This document shows, one piece after another, positions 30,001-42,000 of a stretch of DNA of 64,000 bases (position 1 is the first letter of the stretch; each line of letters opens with the position of its first letter). A program made the translations under genes and the position numbers. Source of the DNA: Candidatus Omnitrophota bacterium (GTDB taxonomy: Bacteria > Omnitrophota > Gorgyraeia > Gygaellales > Profunditerraquicolaceae); contig JASEHM010000001.1 in NCBI GenBank assembly GCA_030018895.1, forward strand, positions 2,199 to 66,198, written 5' to 3'. The notes under the pieces are model-generated. The model did no database searches and was not told where the DNA came from. It saw only the letters and a program-made list of their open reading frames with translations.

Positions 30001-33000
30001 AGCAGAAATCTTAACGATGATGTGGCGAATAGTATGCTATTTAGGTTATTTTCTGCCCATAGAGAACGTGTTAAAGAAAGTAGGGAAATTAGAGATGTGG
30101 CTTTAGATCAAAATAATTTTGTAATGATTGATAGTGGTAATAAGATGCAGTGGGATTTAGATAAGGCATGGCATAATCGCATAGACAGATTTTTGCATTC
30201 TAATGCTATAGTGGGATTGGTAATTGGTTTCATTGTTTGCTGGGTGTTTATTATGTGGTGGATATTGAAGTTATTTGTGCCTAAGGTGAATATTAACTCA
30301 GCAGATAAAGAAGAGCTGACCCAAGTATTTTCTCCACATGATGCTGGCAATATTATTTCTCTCAGAACAAAACTCGATGTTATAAAGAATATATCAGAGC
30401 TTGAAGGAGAGGACAGAGGAATACCTATATTTAGAGATATAACAGTCAAGAAAATAAAGAGAAAAATTCGTTTTGATGAAAAAACAGGAGGTATCACCAA
30501 CATAGCAATAAACGATCTCAGGAATACTACGCTTAAGACACTGTCAAATACTATTCTTGAGCCTGTGGCGGGGTATATCAACGATCTTATTGAACAGAAA
30601 TTTATTACTTTAGGAGAAGTAGAAAATATAATACATGATTTAGCGCGTAAACTATTTGAAAATGTTCTTCCTGTAGAGTTGGTAAGGGCGAAATTATTAA
30701 GCAAGATATTTATGCGCGCTTATTGGGATGATAATTTACTTTTTAAGAATAGTGTAAGAGAAAGTTTGCGAGTATCAATAGAGGGTATCTTCCGGAGAGT
30801 TGGCATGCCGATGTCGAAAGAGTCTGTCGACCTATACATTAATGAAATCATCCAGGAATTTTCCACGCAACGTCCTGGAGAATTTGTGTACCAAAATGAC
30901 AGAAGTAAATATAAAGACAGTAATAAACATGAAAGCGGTGATAATCTGTCGCTCAATACGCATCTTTGGGTTTTTGATCCAAAAATGGGCTTCCAACTGA
31001 TTTCATTGGAGGATTTTGTACTGCAATATAAAGTCGTCTATACCATGGTTCCTTTCTTCGGAGGCCATACGCCTGTAGTTCGTTGGTTCGCAATAGAGAT
31101 AAAGAAGCTCTTGGAAAGCAAGAGAGATAGTGAGGTAAAACCGTTCCTACAAGCACATCGTAAGTTTTGGTATCAGGTGCTAAAAGACCAATTAGATAAT
31201 AAATGGGAAAATATGCGCGATGACCGTAGAAAAGGGCCTGCGTATAAAGATGAAAAGACAAAGCAATGGCAGTATCTTTTAACGTGGGAAGAGTTCAATG
31301 ACCTATTCCGCTATTTATTAGAAGAAGATGATTATGGCGCGCCACTTGCTTTTAAGGATACCGCTGAGTTTTTGGCATACAAGAACAATGTTATGGAAAA
31401 TGTAATTAATAAGATTTACGTTCCTGTACAAACAAACGCCTCCAGTCCCTTTACAGATAGTATGTCTAAAGAAGAAATACAGGATTTAGGGAGCACTTAT
31501 CTCAAGTCATTTATCCTTTACTCAAGAGAGAATTTAGGAATACCTCGTTATGATAGAGATACATATAAAGAGAATGATAATCAAAGCAGATTATGGAATA
31601 AGATTAGGCAATATATTCCTATTGTTAGAAGATGGAGGAGTCCTGAACGAGGCGAATTAGGAGTGTGGGCATTTGTTGCGAGTAAGCTCCTATTTAATAA
31701 GAAATTCTGGAGCCAGGACAAACGAGATGAAAAAAGAAAATTAGGCGTCGAGAAAAATGAGGCGATTAGCAAGATTCCTGTTTGGTTAAGAATAGTTTTG
31801 TATATGGTATTATCGGCACTAAGTATTTGGTTAATCCCTTCATCTTTAAATATTGTTGGATTATCTTTAACCTTGCCCTGGTGGCTGAAGGGCATATTTT
31901 TTATTGCAATTGTCGCTACGGCAAGGCTTTTCTTGGGAGAGCGCACTTTAAAATCCCGCCGGTCATCCTTATTCTGGGGTGCAGTAAGTATAGTAACGCT
32001 CGGATTTATTGTTTATATCATTGGATTTGTTGCGGTCAATTGGATTTTTATGCCAATTCCTTTTGAAATTAACCTGTTCAGCTTAACTCTTTATCTGCCT
32101 TGGTGGACAAAGGCCGTTTTAGTTGCTCTATCAGTCTCACCTTTTCTGGATATGTTTTTTCTTACCTATTTCTCTATAGCAAACTTAATGAAGGCAGGTG
32201 TACGATGGTACATAGGTTGGAAATATAAGTTTTATAAAGTTAGGACATTTGAACAAGCAATGCAAATTTTACCAGAGATTCTAAAGAATAAAGAGAATTG
32301 GAATAAGTTTAAAGATATTGTGGATGATTATTATGAAATATATCGTCTGACAACAGCCGAACACGGTATGTTTATTAAGGTTTTAGAGGATATTCAGACG
32401 AATGCTTCTAGAAAGGATAACGAACCCAAAGAAATTAAAAAATTAAGGATTAAAATTACAGAACAGGAAATCAAAGATTTTGTAAATAAGAAATTCCGTA
32501 AAGATATGTCTTCCGAACCAAGAGACCTTTCTGAGTTGCGTTCTTTTGTAATACAGATAAGTGGTTTTGGCGAAGCTCCGTATTTCCTTTTCACGGATAT
32601 TAATAAGCTAGATGCAGGCAAGATTCAGACCCAACTGGGGATGTTTGCTAAATCTTATCCTGACCAGTGGCAGGTGTTTGTGGAGAGATTGGAAGAAGAG
32701 AAAAATATCATTAATGAAAAACAAAAGCAAGAATTATTGAAACTAATTGAGAATCCCGATTATGTCCTTAAGTTGTTTAATGACGCAGATTCACAAAAAG
32801 CAAGAGAAAAAATTGAAGAGTGGTTTAACCTGAATATACAGTCAGGTTATGCCAATATAAAATCAGCACTTAAATTAAAAGAAGTATACAAACATTATAT
32901 AAAGAAATTTGTTCCTGGCTTGGATGACGTAAAGGTTGAAGCTTTAGTAAATGATTATCTCCAGTTTGTTTTTATTTATGATCAATGGGCGCAAGAGATA

Positions 33001-36000
33001 GAGATTATCCTAAGAAGAGAATTAAACAAGCCAGAATTGAATTTAGACGAATTCATAAAATCTTTATCCGAGGAGAAGGCGAAGGTAGTGTTAAATACAA
33101 TAACTACCATATGTTACGACCGCAATGCAAATGATGAAAAGAAGAAATCCGATACTATTATGCACAAGTATTTCCTTCTAGCTTTAGTGAAGAATAAGGT
33201 AACTATCTCAAAAGGAGGTATTTTCAAGCCGGATAATTTACCTATTTCTGAAAAAACCAATATTCATGACGCAAAATATACAAGCTGGATGAGCTTTATG
33301 TCCAGAATGAGAGGAGAAATCAATTTTTCTCTTGACTGGGACCACATTCATCCATTCAGCGAACTTTGGTTTATACCTAATGCAGGAATGGAGTTTCTTT
33401 TTGATGACTGTCTCGTAGGCGGTCCTTACAATAGCGATATTTTTTCTCGCCCGATTTCTACGACTGCCAATGTTTTTGGTTTGATGGAAGAAGGCTGGCT
33501 TGACGGAGAGCAACCAGTTAAGGACGAGATTGATTCAATTCTTTTCTATGGGAAAGGTTTTCAAAAAGTAGCAGCTTTGAGGAACTTTGAGATGCTGGCT
33601 GCAGATGATAGCGTGCAGGAAGATGCTTTTGGTTTTGCAAAAGCCCTAATGCAAGGAGGCAGGTCAAGGGCATTTCACTTCTTTAAAATATTAAAAGGTT
33701 TAAGTAATCTTGTATTGGGAGCATTAATTCCATTGAAAAAATGGAGCGGTGATTCTTCAGAAGCAGTAAGATTACCAGCAGGCATTAAATTCTTTTTGAG
33801 CCCTAATATTTCCTGGACGAAAAAATTAGGGAATCTCATCAACTGGGGATTCTATATGAAAAAGCCCTCTGTAATGAGGGTAACAGTTTGGGTTATTATT
33901 CTTTATTATCTCGCTAATCTCAATCCTTGGTTTGGATTAGCTTTCTCTTTATGGTTTACTAGTATTCTTCTTGCTCAGGCAATTTCCTATGGCGGATTCT
34001 TTAAGTATACAAGTAAATTTGGAAGGATAAAAGGGGCATTGTTCTTTTTGCGGGATTTACTTACCAAGTTCTTTATCTTTTCCACTGGCATTATCCCTTC
34101 TTATGCTGATAGTGTAAAACGCGGTTTTAGCGCCTTTTGTAAGTTTATTAGGACAGGTGGCAAAGCCGGCACATTAGGCCGAACTAAAGGGAGTGAACTT
34201 TATATCTTTGGACATAAAGGAATCAGTGTAGCAGCTGCGCTGTTACTGTTTATTGCTTTTGCATCTTTTGATCCTATGAAATTTATAGTCTGGCTTCCTC
34301 AAATCGCTACAATCGTGGGCTGGTTAACGTTTATCTTCTTATTGGAACCGGTAAGTTCTAAAAAGCACGTACTTCTGAATATTGCTAATGTCGGATTAGG
34401 GTTTATATTAGGAATAGTAGATTTTGTTGCCAATATTATGACTAATTCTAAGGTTTTAAGTATCCTTACCGGCATACTATTATTATCACTTCCGGACTCT
34501 TTACCTGCCTGGATTCTTATATCTTGTATTGCTATAGCAGGTAGTATTGGCTTTGGCTTAAAATGGAGCAGGATGCTCTTTAATAAAAAAGTTTGTGAAG
34601 AGGCAAAGACTGTGCTAAAGCTGGCAAAGGATTATAAGATAAAGGGATATGCAGTTACTATACTTGAATCTTTTGTTTTGTCTACCGGATTTCATTACGC
34701 TTTAGAAGGTTATATTGAAGGAAGAATTAAAGGCTTACCTTCATTTATTATGGTATTACGTATTCTGTGGTTATCAAGAGATAAAGCACTTAACGAAAAT
34801 ATTAAAAAATCAGAGTTAGAAAATAAGCAAAAGGAAGAGGAAAAGAAGAAAGCAGAAGAGAGACAGAATGCAAAAGGCTCGTCTCCGGTAACGACTTCTT
34901 CACCTATTCCAACTCTAAATAATACTCAGCCAGATCAAATAATAAATACCGATAATGCGAACAACGAGCGCTTTGGCATTGCCAGAGAGCTTACCAAGGG
35001 CTTGGTAGCAGAATTACCCCAAGTATTAGGTAAGGTAGATATCTACGAGTTACTTAAAGCAGCTAATGGCATTCTGATTCTTGACCGTAACCGCTCACCC
35101 ACTGACATAGATGCTCATGCGGATAAAGAACGTAACTCTATTTGCGTCACTGTGCGTTCTGATGAAGACTTCCTTAATTTATCTATCCCAGAAGTAGCTA
35201 CCACCCTTATCCATGGAGCCATAGAGCTTGCCACAAAACAAGAAGCCTTAAGACGTAATATCGATTGGGAACAAATCGCATCGCTTGCCCAACAAACTGC
35301 CCTTAACTTTGCCCAGAAATATCAAGAAGTCATTACCCACAGATATGACCGCTTGCTGATGAGACAAGATATGCAGGTTGCCTTTAAAAATGGCTGGCGC
35401 GTAAAGAAGATTTACCAGACTGCCTTTAACCATGTTCAGGCTGATATGTATGCCTCCCAGGTTAATCCTGAAGATTATCCTCAAGACACTGAAGTCATCC
35501 CTGTAGCGGACCCCCCTCCTTATTATAATAAGGTAAGGGCTTTTGGTAATGGCTTAGCTAACCTGAATATAGTAAGGAACTTTGTAGAAAGGCTAATCCA
35601 GGAATTAAAATTAGAGCCGGGAACCTATAATTTAGTAGAACTTCTGGGTAATACCTTAATTATCGGCTTGCACGGTGGCGGCCAATCAGCCAGGAATCCT
35701 AAATATACCCAGATTGGTAAATTTAATGGTTATCTGCCTATAAGGAGCTTAAACAAAGACTTACCCGCTACCCTGCAGGAAGAACTCCTGGTGCCAGCAG
35801 CGGTCTTAAGCAGAATCTATCCAGACAACTTACCCGGCTACATCAATATCTACGGAGATGCCTTAATTACCTTTAATCCAAGAGAAGTAGAAAAAATTAT
35901 TAAGGCTAATCCTGAAATGGCCCAGGGTTTGATGATCTTCTTAAGAAAAGTTCCTGCTCGCGAAGCTTCTACTTGGGGTGCAGGTGCCGTAGATGAATCC

Positions 36001-39000
36001 TTGCGCATTCACCAATTTGTAGAAAAGGCCTTCAAGAGCACAGGTGAAATATCCAAAGGTATTATCCATGTGAATGAAGAGGGCTTTGTAATAGACACAG
36101 ATTTAGATAAAGCCAAACAACTTCTTGCCAATAAATACAGGCTCTTAGTAGAAGACCAGTATATTCTTATGAACACTGCCTTTGCCATATTAGGCCCACT
36201 TGCCCTTGTGCGCTGGGCGATTCTTTCAGGCATTGACATAGATACAGAAGGTAATTTTATCATTACAGAAAAAGCCAAGGCTTCTTACAACACAAAGAGC
36301 TTTTATGACTTAGTCCTAACCTATGGCTCAAGTGTAGATACCTTTGGTGATTTAGTGCCTCCTATGGGCGAAGACTTAAATATCATTGACTTTATCTTCT
36401 CTGTTGGCACCAAACAGCTTGAAGAGGCCAAGAAGAAAATCCACGCTGAAGCCTTACCTATCATAGAAGACATGGAAGGTAGGCTACAGGATTTACGCCG
36501 AGACTTCAAAGAAGATAGTTTCTCCTTGAAAAAATTAGAGGACAGTTTGAATAGCCTCTTAGAATCTCTTAAGAAAAGAATCCAAGAGGTTCAGGATGAG
36601 AAGACTGTTTCTGTGTTAAATGTCTGTGTATCTAGCATCTCTCAAATCCTGCTGCGTCAGATGCTCATTGAGGTTTTACGCCGCGGTGGCGCTGGCTCAA
36701 AAGCATGGGCTATACCCATAGAGGGTGAGTGGTTGGATACTGGAAGAACCATCGAGGAAGCACAAATCATTCTGGCCGAGGGAAAAGCCAACAGGCAGAT
36801 AGCCTCGGTGTTTGACTTTGAGAAGTCCATTGCCGCAAAGACCAATGTAGCAAGCCACTCTTTTGTCAGCATCATTGAGGCAGAACCTAAATCTCAAGTT
36901 GCCACAGATTCCATTCAGATTGCCTCTTATCTGAAAGGCAAAATTCATATGGACTCCAGATCTCAGGTGCACCTTGTAGACTGGCAAGGCGATTTACACC
37001 TCAACTCAGACGTGGTGATGTCTGAGGCAACCACCAGATATCAAGAGAAAGAATGGGTCGTGCACCTGCTCTGGGGATTACAGGATGGAGAGACCAATAA
37101 AATCAAGACCCACATAGGCCGTTCCTTAGAGGAATGGTTCACTGAGTTAAGTATTGACATAGATAAGATTTGGCCTCCTGCAACTGCGCATCTCTTAAAC
37201 ACTGCCAGAATCTTCCCTGGCTTAAGTCAGCAGATTTTAGAGCAAGGAAAGCAAATAGATGACTTGGATAGAGAGCTCTTTGACTCTATGAATGATATCT
37301 GGGGCTTCTTACAAGGACATACTGCCCCAGTTCCTGTTGCCTGGCTGAAAGCTTTAGAAGCAGAACGCCTCTTCTCTATGACTGATGCCTACAGTAAACC
37401 CGCCACTGAACTGATGCAACAGAGAAGAGAAGGATTGATGAGGAAGAAGAAAGCAGAAGAGAGACAGAATGCAAAAGGCTCGTCTCCGGTAACGACTTCT
37501 TCACCTATTCCAACTCTAAATAATACTCAGCCAGATCAAATAATAAATACCGATAATGCGAACAACGAGCGCTTTGGCATTGCCAGAGAGCTTACCAAGG
37601 GCTTGGTAGCAGAATTACCCCAAGTATTAGGTAAGGTAGATATCTACGAGTTACTTAAAGCAGCTAATGGCATTCTGATTCTTGACCGTAACCGCTCACC
37701 CACTGACATAGATGCTCATGCGGATAAAGAACGTAACTCTATTTGCGTCACTGTGCGTTCTGATGAAGACTTCCTTAATTTATCTATCCCAGAAGTAGCT
37801 ACCACCCTTATCCATGGAGCCATAGAGCTTGCCACAAAACAAGAAGCCTTAAGACGTAATATCGATTGGGAACAAATCGCATCGCTTGCCCAACAAACTG
37901 CCCTTAACTTTGCCCAGAAATATCAAGAAGTCATTACCCACAGATATGACCGCTTGCTGATGAGACAAGATATGCAGGTTGCCTTTAAAAATGGCTGGCG
38001 CGTAAAGAAGATTTACCAGACTGCCTTTAACCATGTTCAGGCTGATATGTATGCCTCCCAGGTTAATCCTGAAGATTATCCTCAAGACACTGAAGTCATC
38101 CCTGTAGCGGACCCCCCTCCTTATTATAATAAGGTAAGGGCTTTTGGTAATGGCTTAGCTAACCTGAATATAGTAAGGAACTTTGTAGAAAGGCTAATCC
38201 AGGAATTAAAATTAGAGCCGGGAACCTATAATTTAGTAGAACTTCTGGGTAATACCTTAATTATCGGCTTGCACGGTGGCGGCCAATCAGCCAGGAATCC
38301 TAAATATACCCAGATTGGTAAATTTAATGGTTATCTGCCTATAAGGAGCTTAAACAAAGACTTACCCGCTACCCTGCAGGAAGAACTCCTGGTGCCAGCA
38401 GCGGTCTTAAGCAGAATCTATCCAGACAACTTACCCGGCTACATCAATATCTACGGAGATGCCTTAATTACCTTTAATCCAAGAGAAGTAGAAAAAATTA
38501 TTAAGGCTAATCCTGAAATGGCCCAGGGTTTGATGATCTTCTTAAGAAAAGTTCCTGCTCGCGAAGCTTCTACTTGGGGTGCAGGTGCCGTAGATGAATC
38601 CTTGCGCATTCACCAATTTGTAGAAAAGGCCTTCAAGAGCACAGGTGAAATATCCAAAGGTATTATCCATGTGAATGAAGAGGGCTTTGTAATAGACACA
38701 GATTTAGATAAAGCCAAACAACTTCTTGCCAATAAATACAGGCTCTTAGTAGAAGACCAGTATATTCTTATGAACACTGCCTTTGCCATATTAGGCCCAC
38801 TTGCCCTTGTGCGCTGGGCGATTCTTTCAGGCATTGACATAGATACAGAAGGTAATTTTATCATTACAGAAAAAGCCAAGGCTTCTTACAACACAAAGAG
38901 CTTTTATGACTTAGTCCTAACCTATGGCTCAAGTGTAGATACCTTTGGTGATTTAGTGCCTCCTATGGGCGAAGACTTAAATATCATTGACTTTATCTTC

Positions 39001-42000
39001 TCTGTTGGCACCAAACAGCTTGAAGAGGCCAAGAAGAAAATCCACGCTGAAGCCTTACCTATCATAGAAGACATGGAAGGTAGGCTACAGGATTTACGCC
39101 GAGACTTCAAAGAAGATAGTTTCTCCTTGAAAAAATTAGAGGACAGTTTGAATAGCCTCTTAGAATCTCTTAAGAAAAGAATCCAAGAGGTTCAGGATGA
39201 GAAGACTGTTTCTGTGTTAAATGTCTGTGTATCTAGCATCTCTCAAATCCTGCTGCGTCAGATGCTCATTGAGGTTTTACGCCGCGGTGGCGCTGGCTCA
39301 AAAGCATGGGCTATACCCATAGAGGGTGAGTGGTTGGATACTGGAAGAACCATCGAGGAAGCACAAATCATTCTGGCCGAGGGAAAAGCCAACAGGCAGA
39401 TAGCCTCGGTGTTTGACTTTGAGAAGTCCATTGCCGCAAAGACCAATGTAGCAAGCCACTCTTTTGTCAGCATCATTGAGGCAGAACCTAAATCTCAAGT
39501 TGCCACAGATTCCATTCAGATTGCCTCTTATCTGAAAGGCAAAATTCATATGGACTCCAGATCTCAGGTGCACCTTGTAGACTGGCAAGGCGATTTACAC
39601 CTCAACTCAGACGTGGTGATGTCTGAGGCAACCACCAGATATCAAGAGAAAGAATGGGTCGTGCACCTGCTCTGGGGATTACAGGATGGAGAGACCAATA
39701 AAATCAAGACCCACATAGGCCGTTCCTTAGAGGAATGGTTCACTGAGTTAAGTATTGACATAGATAAGATTTGGCCTCCTGCAACTGCGCATCTCTTAAA
39801 CACTGCCAGAATCTTCCCTGGCTTAAGTCAGCAGATTTTAGAGCAAGGAAAGCAAATAGATGACTTGGATAGAGAGCTCTTTGACTCTATGAATGATATC
39901 TGGGGCTTCTTACAAGGACATACTGCCCCAGTTCCTGTTGCCTGGCTGAAAGCTTTAGAAGCAGAACGCCTCTTCTCTATGACTGATGCCTACAGTAAAC
40001 CCGCCACTGAACTGATGCAACAGAGAAGAGAAGGATTGATGAGGAAGTTGAAGAAAACCTCATCCCCTATTTCCACCCCTATTTCTAACTTCTCAGATAT
40101 AAAGACATTAATAAAAGCTTGTAGAAATGCAAATCCACAGGCAAAAATATTTGTTCCAGAGAAATCGAGTTTTGGAAAACTCTCTTTAAAAGAAATTCTC
40201 AGTTTAACAACCTCCAGTTCCCTGATACTTTCCTTAGAATCTAGACTAGTAGCAGCCATCGCCAAGAAGAATTCTTTTATCCAAGGCTCCAGCCCGCTTT
40301 CAGAAGTTATCCTGCCTGGTTTAACGTGGGGATTTTATGTTTTTGAGATTCGCGAATCAAAGGTAGGTGGAATTGCCGATGTCGCTGAAGGCCTTCCGGA
40401 AGCAATAGTAAGGGCTAAGACGCTTGATGGAAAGCCTCATACAGTTTATCGGGTGACCCCGTATTATAGAGATATATTCACTATGACTAATAAAATTCGT
40501 TTGGAAGACCAGAAATTAGTAGCTCAACTATGCATTCCTTATCAGCACCAAATAATTACTGTGGATGTATATAAAAGATTGCATGTTTCTAATATGGTTG
40601 ATTATCTGCTTGTAAACGAAATATTTAGCCGCCCATATGATAAATCAGATACCAAGAATCAAACTGAATCTGAAGAAGAGGTAGTAATATTTAATATTGT
40701 TTCAGCAATACTCATTATTTTAGGGGAAACTCAACCTGATGTGCTGCTTCTATCAGATTGGCAGACAGGTTTACTGCTTTCCTATTTAGAAGAAAGTGTT
40801 TCAGAGCCAACCGCGATATTAAGGAAGGTTGTTGTTAAGACAGAGAAAGGCAATGTTTCTGGTGAAGAATTAGTAAACGAATTTGTACGTTTAAAAGTAT
40901 ATGAATGGATGATACCGATTTGTTGGATTAATAATGAAGCTTATAGAGGGCAATTTCCTGTAAAAAATAGAGCGGACTTTAAGGCAAAAACAGGATTAGT
41001 TTCTCAGCATGGCTTTGAGTATGCAAGATGGATTACCCCAACAAGAGAAAGCGAACAATTTATGATTATGCTTAAGTTAGGGATAGAAAGCACTAATCGT
41101 TGTGGAGGAAAAATAGTCACAGTTAGCCAGGCTTATGCCAGAGAAATTATGGGTATAAACCTTAAACCAGAAAATCATCCTGGGATGCTTCACGGTATTT
41201 TAAAAAGAACAGAGGTTACAGGAATACTAAACGGCACTCCTAAAGAATGGAAATACATTACGGATTTAAAACAGAAGAGAGAGGCGAAGCGGTTGTTACA
41301 AGAAATATTAGAGTTAGATAAGTTTGCCTCTGCAATGTGCGGAGGGGAAATAGAACGATTAAAGCGAAAAAATTTTTGCTGTTTGGGAAAACGCTTGCGT
41401 TTTAGTTATAGTTATCTTAGCTCCTTGCCTTCTGGCTCCTTATTATACCTCGCCGTGGCTGGTGGGATACAAGGCGTTGTTGGTTCAAGCCAGAGGGCAG
41501 GGAGTTTTTTGATAAAGGAGTTTATTAATAAGGTAAAAAAATTATTACCACAAAAAGGAGGCGCAGGATGTATAGACTCAGAGAGGTGCAGATTAGGTCT
41601 TTTGAGGTGTTGCAGGAAAACAAGGGAATTTTTGTTCTGGCAGGGTTTCCGGGTTGGCATTCTACTTATGATTTCCTTATTCAGTCTAATGGAGAAGTTA
41701 AGGGAAGAACACACGATAATTGGCAGCTCCTTACAGATGAGACAGCTGAGATTATTAAAGGGAAGTTTAAAGAGGTACTTACAAGGAATTGATTTAGCGT
41801 TTGAAAGCAGCTCGGCGAGGTTGACGCAGGCACAGAAAAGAGTTACTAACTCGCCGTTAAGGTTGGAGAAAGAAACAGAAAAGATAAACAAAAATTTGAA
41901 TGAGCTTACGAAAAATGCAGTGGCATTATCAGACCAAAAAAAATTTTCAATTGAGGAGGATATACTTCTTATTGAGACTAACCTTAAGGAAATAGGGCGG

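Larger units (their letters stand above)
34843..40044 (+). repeat. Tandem duplication of a 2601-bp (867-codon) unit
   Basis: 34843-37443 matches 37444-40044 wherever compared; shadow ORFs recur identically at +2601 offset; 3-bp aag microhomology at the junction. Confidence 0.97.

Noticed and set aside
5859-32066. Other + strand off-frame ORFs (5859, 29348, 30800, 31782) as nested genes
   Set aside because: They start at TTG without a convincing RBS, have Cys/Arg-rich or otherwise off-frame composition, and overlap well-formed frame +1 sequence.
41395-41423. Sigma-70 promoter upstream of the second nested cassette
   Set aside because: TTGCGT is -35-like but there is no good -10 hexamer at 16-18 bp spacing.
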